Below, in pieces: positions 52,701 through 64,000 of a stretch of DNA of 64,000 nt (positions within the stretch are counted from its first letter, which is position 1; every line of letters starts with the position of its first letter). Origin of the DNA: the human T2T-CHM13v2.0 reference genome, Homo sapiens; NCBI RefSeq assembly GCF_009914755.1, contig NC_060942.1, one strand, 5' to 3'. A model generated the notes under the pieces. It saw only the letters and a program-made list of their open reading frames with translations. It ran no database searches and was not told the origin of the DNA. The position numbers and the translations under genes are program-made.

Positions 52701-55700
52701 AAAAAGGAAATATCTTCCCATAAAAACTAGACAGAAGCATTCTCAGAAACTTACTCGTGATGTGTGTCCTCAACTAAAGGAGTAGAACCTTTCTTTTCAT
52801 AGAGAAGTTTTGAAACGCTCTTTTTGTGGAATCTGCAAGTGGATATTTGGCTAGTTTTGAGGATTTCGTTGGAAGCGGGAATTCATACAAATTGCAGACT
52901 GCAGCGTTCTGAGAAACATCTTTGTGATGTTTGTATTCAGGACACAGAGTTGAACATTCCCTATCATAGAGCAGGTTTGAATCACTCCTTTTGTAGTATC
53001 TGGAAGTGGACATTTGGAGCGCTTTCAGGCCTATGTTGGAAAAGGAAATATCTTCCCATAACAACTAGACAGAAGCATTCTCAGAAACTTATTTGAGATG
53101 TGTGTACTCAACTAAGAGAATTGAACCACCGTTTTGAAGGAGCAGTTTTGAAACTCTCTTTTTCTGGAATCTGCAAGTGGATATTTGGCTAGCTTTGGGG
53201 ATTTCGCTGGAAGCGGGAATACATATAAAAAGCACACAGCAGCGTTCTGAGAAACTGCTTTCTGATGTTTGCATTCAAGTCAAAAGTTGAACACTCCCTT
53301 TCATAGAGCAGTCTTGAAACACCCCTTTTGTAGTATCTGGAACTGGACTTTTGGAGCGATTTCAGGGCTAAGGTGAAAAAGGAAATATCTTCCCATAAAA
53401 ACTGGACAGAAGCATTCTCAGAAACTTGTTTATGCTGTATCTACTCAACTAACAAAGTTGAACCTTTCTTTTGATAGAGCAGTTTTGAAATGGTCTTTTT
53501 GTGGAATCTGCAAGTGGATATTTGGCTAGTTTTGAGGATTTCGTTGGAAGCGGGAATTCATACAAATTGCAGACTGCAGCGTTCTGAGAAACATCTTTGT
53601 GATGTTTGTATTCAGGACACAGAGTTGAACATTCCCTATCATAGAGCAGGTTGGAATCACTCCTTTTGTAGTATCTGGAAGTGGACATTTGGAGCGCTTT
53701 CAGGCCTATTTTGGAAAGGGAAATATCTTCCCGTAACAACTATGCAGAAGCATTCTCAGAAACTTGTTTGTGATGTGTGCCCTCTACTGACAGAGTTGAA
53801 CCTTTCTTTTCATAGAGCAGTTTTGAAACACTCTTTTTGTAGAATCTGCAAGAGGATATTTGCATAGCTTTGAGGATTTCGTGGGAAACGGGATTGTCTT
53901 CAGGTAAAATCTAGACAGAAGCATTCTCAGAAACTTCTTTGGGATGTTTGCATTCAAGTCACAGAGTAGAACATTCCCTTTGGTAGAGCAGGTTTGAAAC
54001 ACTCTTTTTGTAGTATCTGGAAGTGGACATTTGGAGCGCTTTCAGGCCCATGTTGGAAAGGGAAATATCTTCCCGTAACAACTAGGCAGAAGCATTCTCA
54101 GAAACTTATTTGAGATGTGTGTACTCAACTAAGAGAATTGAACCACCGTTTTGAAGGAGCAGTTTTGAAACACTCTTTTTCTGGAATCTGCAAGAGGATA
54201 TTTGCCTAGCCTTGAGGATTTCGTTGGAAACGGGATTGTCTTCAGAGAAAATCTAGACAGAAGCATTCTCAGAAACTTCTTTGGGATGCTTGCATTCAAG
54301 TCACAGAGTAGAACATTCCCTTTGGTAGAGCAGGTTTGAAACACTCTTTTTGTAGTATCTGGAAGTGGACATTTGGAGCGCTTTCAGGCCTACGTTGGAA
54401 AAGGAAATATCTTCCCATAACAACTAGACAGAAGCATTCTCAGAAACTAGTTTCTGATGTGTGTCCTCAACTAACACAGTTGAACATTTCTTTAGACAGA
54501 ACAGTTTTGAAACACTCTTTTTGTGGAATCTGCAAGTGGCTATTTGGCTAGATTTGAGGATTTCGTTGGAAACGGGATTACATATAAAAAGCAGTCAGCA
54601 GCATTCTCAGAAAGTTCTTTGTGATGATTGCATTCAAGTCACAGAATTGAACATTCCCTTTCACAGAGCAGGTTTGAAACACTCTTTTTGTAGTGTGTGT
54701 AAGTGGACATTTGGAGCACTTACCGGCCTAAGGTGAAAAAGGAAATATCTTCCCATAAAAACTAGACAGAAGCATTCTCAGAAACTTACTCGTGATGTGT
54801 GTCCTCAACTAAAGGAGTAGAACCTTTCTTTTCATAGAGAAGTTTTGAAACGCTCTTTTTGTGGAATCTGCAAGTGGATATTTGGCTAGTTTTGAGGATT
54901 TCGTTGGAAGCGGGAATTCATACAAATTGCAGACTGCAGCGTTCTGAGAAACATCTTTGTGATGTTTGTATTCAGGACACAGAGTTGAACATTCCCTATC
55001 ATAGAGCAGGTTGGAATCACTCCTTTTGTAGTATCTGGAAGTGGACATTTGGAGCGCTTTCAGGCCTATGTTGGAAAAGGAAATATCTTCCCATAACAAC
55101 TAGACAGAAGCATTCTCAGAAACTTATTTGAGATGTGTGTACTCAACTAAGAGAATTGAACCACCGTTTTGAAGGAGCAGTTTTGAAACTCTCTTTTTCT
55201 GGAATCTGCAAGTGGATATTTGGCTAGCTTTGGGGATTTCGCTGGAAGCGGGAATACATATAAAAAGCACACAGCAGCGTTCTGAGAAACTGCTTTCTGA
55301 TGTTTGCATTCAAGTCAAAAGTTGAACACTCCCTTTCATAGAGCAGTCTTGAAACACCCCTTTTGTAGTATCTGGAACTGGACTTTTGGAGCGATTTCAG
55401 GGCTAAGGTGAAAAAGGAAATATCTTCCCATAAAAACTGGACAGAAGCATTCTCAGAAACTTGTTTATGCTGTATCTACTCAACTAACAAAGTTGAACCT
55501 TTCTTTTGATAGAGCAGTTTTGAAATGGTCTTTTTGTGGAATCTGCAAGTGGATATTTGGCTAGTTTTGAGGATTTCGTTGGAAGCGGGAATTCATACAA
55601 ATTGCAGACTGCAGCGTTCTGAGAAACATCTTTGTGATGTTTGTATTCAGGACACAGAGTTGAACATTCCCTATCATAGAGCAGGTTGGAATCACTCCTT

Positions 55701-58700
55701 TTGTAGTATCTGGAAGTGGACATTTGGAGCGCTTTCAGGCCTATTTTGGAAAGGGAAATATCTTCCCGTAACAACTATGCAGAAGCATTCTCAGAAACTT
55801 GTTTGTGATGTGTGCCCTCTACTGACAGAGTTGAACCTTTCTTTTCATAGAGCAGTTTTGAAACACTCTTTTTGTAGAATCTGCAAGAGGATATTTGCAT
55901 AGCTTTGAGGATTTCGTGGGAAACGGGATTGTCTTCAGGTAAAATCTAGACAGAAGCATTCTCAGAAACTTCTTTGGGATGTTTGCATTCAAGTCACAGA
56001 GTAGAACATTCCCTTTGGTAGAGCAGGTTTGAAACACTCTTTTTGTAGTATCTGGAAGTGGACATTTGGAGCGCTTTCAGGCCCATGTTGGAAAGGGAAA
56101 TATCTTCCCGTAACAACTAGGCAGAAGCATTCTCAGAAACTTATTTGAGATGTGTGTACTCAACTAAGAGAATTGAACCACCGTTTTGAAGGAGCAGTTT
56201 TGAAACACTCTTTTTCTGGAATCTGCAAGAGTATATTTGCCTAGCCTTGAGGATTTCGTTGGAAACGGGATTGTCTTCAGAGAAAATCTAGACAGAAGCA
56301 TTCTCAGAAACTTCTTTGGGATGCTTGCATTCAAGTCACAGAGTAGAACATTCCCTTTGGTAGAGCAGGTTTGAAACACTCTTTTTGTAGTATCTGGAAG
56401 TGGACATTTGGAGCGCTTTCAGGCCTACGTTGGAAAAGGAAATATCTTCCCATAACAACTAGACAGAAGCATTCTCAGAAACTAGTTTCTGATGTGTGTC
56501 CTCAACTAACACAGTTGAACATTTCTTTAGACAGAACAGTTTTGAAACACTCTTTTTGTGGAATCTGCAAGTGGCTATTTGGCTAGATTTGAGGATTTCG
56601 TTGGAAACGGGATTACATATAAAAAGCAGTCAGCAGCATTCTCAGAAAGTTCTTTGTGATGATTGCATTCAAGTCACAGAATTGAACATTCCCTTTCACA
56701 GAGCAGGTTTGAAACACTCTTTTTGTAGTGTGTGTAAGTGGACATTTGGAGCACTTACCGGCCTAAGGTGAAAAAGGAAATATCTTCCCATAAAAACTAG
56801 ACAGAAGCATTCTCAGAAACTTACTCGTGATGTGTGTCCTCAACTAAAGGAGTAGAACCTTTCTTTTCATAGAGAAGTTTTGAAACGCTCTTTTTGTGGA
56901 ATCTGCAAGTGGATATTTGGCTAGTTTTGAGGATTTCGTTGGAAGCGGGAATTCATACAAATTGCAGACTGCAGCGTTCTGAGAAACATCTTTGTGATGT
57001 TTGTATTCAGGACACAGAGTTGAACATTCCCTATCATAGAGCAGGTTTGAATCACTCCTTTTGTAGTATCTGGAAGTGGACATTTGGAGTGCTTTCAGGC
57101 CTATGTTGGAAAAGGAAATATCTTCCCATAACAACTAGACAGAAGCATTCTCAGAAACTTATTTGAGATGTGTGTACTCAACTAAGAGAATTGAACCACC
57201 GTTTTGAAGGAGCAGTTTTGAAACACTCTTTTTCTGGAATCTGCAAGTGGATATTTGGCTAGCTTTGGGGATTTCGCTGGAAGCGGGAATACATATAAAA
57301 AGCACACAGCAGCGTTCTGAGAAACTGCTTTCTGATGTTTGCATTCAAGTCAAAAGTTGAACACTCCCTTTCATAGAGCAGTCTTGAAACACCCCTTTTG
57401 TAGTATCTGGAACTGGACTTTTGGAGCGATTTCAGGGCTAAGGTGAAAAAGGAAATATCTTCCCATAAAAACTGGACAGAAGCATTCTCAGAAACTTGGT
57501 TATGCTGTATCTACTCAACTAACAAAGTTGAACCTTTCTTTTGATAGAGCAGTTTTGAAATGGTCTTTTTGTGGAATCTGCAAGTGGATATTTGGCTAGT
57601 TTTGAGGATTTCGTTGGAAGCGGGAATTCATACAAATTGCAGACTGCAGCGTTCTGAGAAACATCTTTGTGATGTTTGTATTCAGGACACAGAGTTGAAC
57701 ATTCCCTATCATAGAGCAGGTTGGAATCACTCCTTTTGTAGTATCTGGAAGTGGACATTTGGAGCGCTTTCAGGCCTATTTTGGAAAGGGAAATATCTTC
57801 CCGTAACAACTATGCAGAAGCATTCTCAGAAACTTGTTTGTGATGTGTGCCCTCTACTGACAGAGTTGAACCTTTCTTTTCATAGAGCAGTTTTGAAACA
57901 CTCTTTTTGTAGAATCTGCAAGAGGATATTTGCATAGCTTTGAGGATTTCGTGGGAAACGGGATTGTCTTCAGGTAAAATCTAGACAGAAGCATTCTCAG
58001 AAACTTCTTTGGGATGTTTGCATTCAAGTCACAGAGTAGAACATTCCCTTTGGTAGAGCAGGTTTGAAACACTCTTTTTGTAGTATCTGGAAGTGGACAT
58101 TTGGAGCGCTTTCAGGCCCATGTTGGAAAGGGAAATATCTTCCCGTAACAACTAGGCAGAAGCATTCTCAGAAACTTATTTGAGATGTGTGTACTCAACT
58201 AAGAGAATTGAACCACCGTTTTGAAGGAGCAGTTTTGAAACACTCTTTTTCTGGAATCTGCAAGAGTATATTTGCCTAGCCTTGAGGATTTCGTTGGAAA
58301 CGGGATTGTCTTCAGAGAAAATCTAGACAGAAGCATTCTCAGAAACTTCTTTGGGATGTTTGCATTCAAGTCACAGAGTAGAACATTCCCTTTGGTAGAG
58401 CAGGTTTGAAACACTCTTTTTTTAGTATATGGAAGTGGACATTTGGAGCGCTTTCAGGCCTACGTTGGAAAAGGAAATATCTTCCCATAACAACTAGACA
58501 GAAGCATTCTCAGAAACTAGTTTCTGATGTGTGTCCTCAACTAACACAGTTGAACATTTCTTTAGACAGAACAGTTTTGAAACACTCTTTTTGTGGAATC
58601 TGCAAGTGGCTATTTGGCTAGATTTGAGGATTTCGTTGGAAACGGGATTACATATAAAAAGCAGTCAGCAGCATTCTCAGAAAGTTCTTTGTGATGATTG

Positions 58701-61700
58701 CATTCAAGTCACAGAATTGAACATTCCCTTTCACAGAGCAGGTTTGAAACACTCTTTTTGTAGTGTGTGTAAGTGGACATTTGGAGCACTTACCGGCCTA
58801 AGGTGAAAAAGGAAATATCTTCCCATAAAAACTAGACAGAAGCATTCTCAGAAACTTACTCGTGATGTGTGTCCTCAACTAAAGGAGTAGAACCTTTCTT
58901 TTCATAGAGAAGTTTTGAAACGCTCTTTTTGTGGAATCTGCAAGTGGATATTTGGCTAGTTTTGAGGATTTCGTTGGAAGCGGGAATTCATACAAATTGC
59001 AGACTGCAGCGTTCTGAGAAACATCTTTGTGATGTTTGTATTCAGGACACAGAGTTGAACATTCCCTATCATAGAGCAGGTTGGAATCACTCCTTTTGTA
59101 GTATCTGGAAGTGGACATTTGGAGCGCTTTCAGGCCTATGTTGGAAAAGGAAATATCTTCCCATAACAACTAGACAGAAGCATTCTCAGAAACTTATTTG
59201 AGATGTGTGTACTCAACTAAGAGAATTGAACCACCGTTTTGAAGGAGCAGTTTTGAAACTCTCTTTTTCTGGAATCTGCAAGTGGATATTTGGCTAGCTT
59301 TGGGGATTTCGCTGGAAGCGGGAATACATATAAAAAGCACACAGCAGCGTTCTGAGAAACTGCTTTCTGATGTTTGCATTCAAGTCAAAAGTTGAACACT
59401 CCCTTTCATAGAGCAGTCTTGAAACACCCCTTTTGTAGTATCTGGAACTGGACTTTTGGAGCGATTTCAGGGCTAAGGTGAAAAAGGAAATATCTTCCCA
59501 TAAAAACTGGACAGAAGCATTCTCAGAAACTTGTTTATGCTGTATCTACTCAACTAACAAAGTTGAACCTTTCTTTTGATAGAGCAGTTTTGAAATGGTC
59601 TTTTTGTGGAATCTGCAAGTGGATATTTGGCTAGTTTTGAGGATTTCGTTGGAAGCGGGAATTCATACAAATTGCAGACTGCAGCGTTCTGAGAAACATC
59701 TTTGTGATGTTTGTATTCAGGACACAGAGTTGAACATTCCCTATCATAGAGCAGGTTGGAATCACTCCTTTTGTAGTATCTGGAAGTGGACATTTGGAGC
59801 GCTTTCAGGCCTATTTTGGAAAGGGAAATATCTTCCCGTAACAACTATGCAGAAGCATTCTCAGAAACTTGTTTGTGATGTGTGCCCTCTACTGACAGAG
59901 TTGAACCTTTCTTTTCATAGAGCAGTTTTGAAACACTCTTTTTGTAGAATCTGCAAGAGGATATTTGCATAGCTTTGAGGATTTCGTGGGAAACGGGATT
60001 GTCTTCAGGTAAAATCTAGACAGAAGCATTCTCAGAAACTTCTTTGGGATGTTTGCATTCAAGTCACAGAGTAGAACATTCCCTTTGGTAGAGCAGGTTT
60101 GAAACACTCTTTTTGTAGTATCTGGAAGTGGACATTTGGAGCGCTTTCAGGCCCATGTTGGAAAGGGAAATATCTTCCCGTAACAACTAGGCAGAAGCAT
60201 TCTCAGAAACTTATTTGAGATGTGTGTACTCAACTAAGAGAATTGAACCACCGTTTTGAAGGAGCAGTTTTGAAACACTCTTTTTCTGGAATCTGCAAGA
60301 GTATATTTGCCTAGCCTTGAGGATTTCGTTGGAAACGGGATTGTCTTCAGAGAAAATCTAGACAGAAGCATTCTCAGAAACTTCTTTGGGATGTTTGCAT
60401 TCAAGTCACAGAGTAGAACATTCCCTTTGGTAGAGCAGGTTTGAAACACTCTTTTTTTAGTATATGGAAGTGGACATTTGGAGCGCTTTCAGGCCTACGT
60501 TGGAAAAGGAAATATCTTCCCATAACAACTAGACAGAAGCATTCTCAGAAACTAGTTTCTGATGTGTGTCCTCAACTAACACAGTTGAACATTTCTTTAG
60601 ACAGAACAGTTTTGAAACACTCTTTTTGTGGAATCTGCAAGTGGCTATTTGGCTAGATTTGAGGATTTCGTTGGAAACGGGATTACATATAAAAAGCAGT
60701 CAGCAGCATTCTCAGAAAGTTCTTTGTGATGATTGCATTCAAGTCACAGAATTGAACATTCCCTTTCACAGAGCAGGTTTGAAACACTCTTTTTGTAGTG
60801 TGTGTAAGTGGACATTTGGAGCACTTACCGGCCTAAGGTGAAAAAGGAAATATCTTCCCATAAAAACTAGACAGAAGCATTCTCAGAAACTTACTCGTGA
60901 TGTGTGTCCTCAACTAAAGGAGTAGAACCTTTCTTTTCATAGAGAAGTTTTGAAACGCTCTTTTTGTGGAATCTGCAAGTGGATATTTGGCTAGTTTTGA
61001 GGATTTCGTTGGAAGCGGGAATTCATACAAATTGCAGACTGCAGCGTTCTGAGAAACATCTTTGTGATGTTTGTATTCAGGACACAGAGTTGAACATTCC
61101 CTATCATAGAGCAGGTTGGAATCACTCCTTTTGTAGTATCTGGAAGTGGACATTTGGAGCGCTTTCAGGCCTATGTTGGAAAAGGAAATATCTTCCCATA
61201 ACAACTAGACAGAAGCATTCTCAGAAACTTATTTGAGATGTGTGTACTCAACTAAGAGAATTGAACCACCGTTTTGAAGGAGCAGTTTTGAAACTCTCTT
61301 TTTCTGGAATCTGCAAGTGGATATTTGGCTAGCTTTGGGGATTTCGCTGGAAGCGGGAATACATATAAAAAGCACAACAGCAGCGTTCTGAGAAACTGCT
61401 TTCTGATGTTTGCATTCAAGTCAAAAGTTGAACACTCCCTTTCATAGAGCAGTCTTGAAACACCCCTTTTGTAGTATCTGGAACTGGACTTTTGGAGCGA
61501 TTTCAGGGCTAAGGTGAAAAAGGAAATATCTTCCCATAAAAACTGGACAGAAGCATTCTCAGAAACTTGGTTATGCTGTATCTACTCAACTAACAAAGTT
61601 GAACCTTTCTTTTGATAGAGCAGTTTTGAAATGGTCTTTTTGTGGAATCTGCAAGTGGATATTTGGCTAGTTTTGAGGATTTCGTTGGAAGCGGGAATTC

Positions 61701-63077
61701 ATACAAATTGCAGACTGCAGCGTTCTGAGAAACATCTTTGTGATGTTTGTATTCAGGACACAGAGTTGAACATTCCCTATCATAGAGCAGGTTGGAATCA
61801 CTCCTTTTGTAGTATCTGGAAGTGGACATTTGGAGCGCTTTCAGGCCTATTTTGGAAAGGGAAATATCTTCCCGTAACAACTATGCAGAAGCATTCTCAG
61901 AAACTTGTTTGTGATGTGTGCCCTCTACTGACAGAGTTGAACCTTTCTTTTCATAGAGCAGTTTTGAAACACTCTTTTTGTAGAATCTGCAAGAGGATAT
62001 TTGCATAGCTTTGAGGATTTCGTGGGAAACGGGATTGTCTTCAGGTAAAATCTAGACAGAAGCATTCTCAGAAACTTCTTTGGGATGTTTGCATTCAAGT
62101 CACAGAGTAGAACATTCCCTTTGGTAGAGCAGGTTTGAAACACTCTTTTTGTAGTATCTGGAAGTGGACATTTGGAGCGCTTTCAGGCCCATGTTGGAAA
62201 GGGAAATATCTTCCCGTAACAACTAGGCAGAAGCATTCTCAGAAACTTATTTGAGATGTGTGTACTCAACTAAGAGAATTGAACCACCGTTTTGAAGGAG
62301 CAGTTTTGAAACACTCTTTTTCTGGAATCTGCAAGAGTATATTTGCCTAGCCTTGAGGATTTCGTTGGAAACGGGATTGTCTTCAGAGAAAATCTAGACA
62401 GAAGCATTCTCAGAAACTTCTTTGGGATGTTTGCATTCAAGTCACAGAGTAGAACATTCCCTTTGGTAGAGCAGGTTTGAAACACTCTTTTTTTAGTATA
62501 TGGAAGTGGACATTTGGAGCGCTTTCAGGCCTACGTTGGAAAAGGAAATATCTTCCCATAACAACTAGACAGAAGCATTCTCAGAAACTAGTTTCTGATG
62601 TGTGTCCTCAACTAACACAGTTGAACATTTCTTTAGACAGAACAGTTTTGAAACACTCTTTTTGTGGAATCTGCAAGTGGCTATTTGGCTAGATTTGAGG
62701 ATTTCGTTGGAAACGGGATTACATATAAAAAGCAGTCAGCAGCATTCTCAGAAAGTTCTTTGTGATGATTGCATTCAAGTCACAGAATTGAACATTCCCT
62801 TTCACAGAGCAGGTTTGAAACACTCTTTTTGTAGTGTGTGTAAGTGGACATTTGGAGCACTTACCGGCCTAAGGTGAAAAAGGAAATATCTTCCCATAAA
62901 AACTAGACAGAAGCATTCTCAGAAACTTACTCGTGATGTGTGTCCTCAACTAAAGGAGTAGAACCTTTCTTTTCATAGAGAAGTTTTGAAACGCTCTTTT
63001 TGTGGAATCTGCAAGTGGATATTTGGCTAGTTTTGAGGATTTCGTTGGAAGCGGGAATTCATACAAATTGCAGACTG
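46797..63077 (+). repeat. Run of 8 12-mer HORs; the last is 2036 bp owing to a 1-bp insertion
   Basis: Starts at 46797, 48832, 50867, 52902, 54937, 56972, 59007, 61042. AGCACAACAGCAG at 61371 versus the usual AGCACACAGCAG. Confidence 0.93.
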
Positions 63078-64000
63078 CAGCGTTCTGAGAAACATCTTTG
63101 TGATGTTTGTATTCAGGACACAGAGTTGAACATTCCCTATCATAGAGCAGGTTTGAATCACTCCTTTTGTAGTATCTGGAAGTGGACATTTGGAGCGCTT
63201 TCAGGCCTATGTTGGAAAAGGAAATATCTTCCCATAACAACTAGACAGAAGCATTCTCAGAAACTTATTTGAGATGTGTGTACTCAACTAAGAGAATTGA
63301 ACCACCGTTTTGAAGGAGCAGTTTTGAAACACTCTTTTTCTGGAATCTGCAAGTGGATATTTGGCTAGCTTTGGGGATTTCGCTGGAAGCGGGAATACAT
63401 ATAAAAAGCACACAGCAGCGTTCTGAGAAACTGCTTTCTGATGTTTGCATTCAAGTCAAAAGTTGAACACTCCCTTTCATAGAGCAGTCTTGAAACACCC
63501 CTTTTGTAGTATCTGGAACTGGACTTTTGGAGCGATTTCAGGGCTAAGGTGAAAAAGGAAATATCTTCCCATAAAAACTGGACAGAAGCATTCTCAGAAA
63601 CTTGGTTATGCTGTATCTACTCAACTAACAAAGTTGAACCTTTCTTTTGATAGAGCAGTTTTGAAATGGTCTTTTTGTGGAATCTGCAAGTGGATATTTG
63701 GCTAGTTTTGAGGATTTCGTTGGAAGCGGGAATTCATACAAATTGCAGACTGCAGCGTTCTGAGAAACATCTTTGTGATGTTTGTATTCAGGACACAGAG
63801 TTGAACATTCCCTATCATAGAGCAGGTTGGAATCACTCCTTTTGTAGTATCTGGAAGTGGACATTTGGAGCGCTTTCAGGCCTATTTTGGAAAGGGAAAT
63901 ATCTTCCCGTAACAACTATGCAGAAGCATTCTCAGAAACTTGTTTGTGATGTGTGCCCTCTACTGACAGAGTTGAACCTTTCTTTTCATAGAGCAGTTTT
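63078..64000 (+). repeat. Partial 12-mer HOR (m1 to mid-m6), truncated by the window end
   Basis: Matches positions 1-923 of the canonical unit. Confidence 0.93.

Larger units (their letters stand above)
1..64000 (+). repeat. Alpha-satellite higher-order-repeat array, 2035-bp 12-mer, dimeric A/B (SF2-type) organisation
   Basis: Tandem 167-171-bp monomers with alphoid hallmarks (CATTCTCAGAAACT, TTTTGAAACACTCTTTTTGT, GGAATCTGCAAGTGGATATTTG). Position 1 (CAGCGTTCTGAGAAACATCT) recurs in the same context at 2036, 4071, 6106 and onward, and the ORF track repeats every 2035 bp. No strand switch or foreign insertion seen. Confidence 0.99.
1..64000. other. D18Z1: Probable human chromosome 18 active centromeric array D18Z1 (S2C18H1L)
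   Basis: 12-mer of 2035 bp with alternating CENP-B-box monomers. EcoRI sites at 653 and 2013 (next at 2688) give 1360- and 675-bp fragments, matching the classical ~1.36-kb and ~0.68-kb EcoRI units of chr18 alphoid DNA. This assignment is from recalled knowledge, not a database search. Confidence 0.85.

Noticed and set aside
188-63915. Hundreds of 61-125 aa ORFs on both strands
   Set aside because: They are chance translations of satellite monomers, repeat with the HOR period, overlap in multiple frames, often start at non-ATG codons and resemble no protein family I recognise.
1-64000. CRISPR-like array of conserved motifs (CATTCTCAGAAA) separated by variable sequence
   Set aside because: The intervening sequences are homologous ~171-bp monomers rather than unique spacers, and there are no cas genes.
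1-64000. L1/Alu insertion, inversion or transition to divergent monomeric satellite
   Set aside because: Unit lengths account for all 64,000 bp exactly and the orientation is constant, leaving no room for inserts.

Overview
The whole 64-kb window is one uninterrupted, single-orientation array of primate alpha-satellite (centromeric) DNA. I see no genes, RNA genes or transposon insertions, and every ORF in the track is a repeat-derived artefact recurring with the array period. The basic unit is a 2035-bp, 12-monomer higher-order repeat (HOR) with a CENP-B box in every second monomer. Two EcoRI sites cut it into 1360 + 675 bp, which best matches the human chromosome 18 active array D18Z1 (suprachromosomal family 2). 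With the HOR phase set at position 1, the window holds 29 full 12-mers (one carries a 1-bp insertion), two 1018-bp 6-mer variants, three 675-bp 4-mer variants and a final 923-bp partial unit; these sum to exactly 64,000. The interesting structure is evolutionary. Variant junctions fall inside near-identical tracts within the HOR, and shared rare SNVs reveal nested multi-HOR duplications (offsets 15,938, 17,973 and 10,850 bp) plus HOR haplotype blocks. I found no evidence of a new gene-encoded biological system. SNV observations were made by eye and are not an exhaustive alignment.
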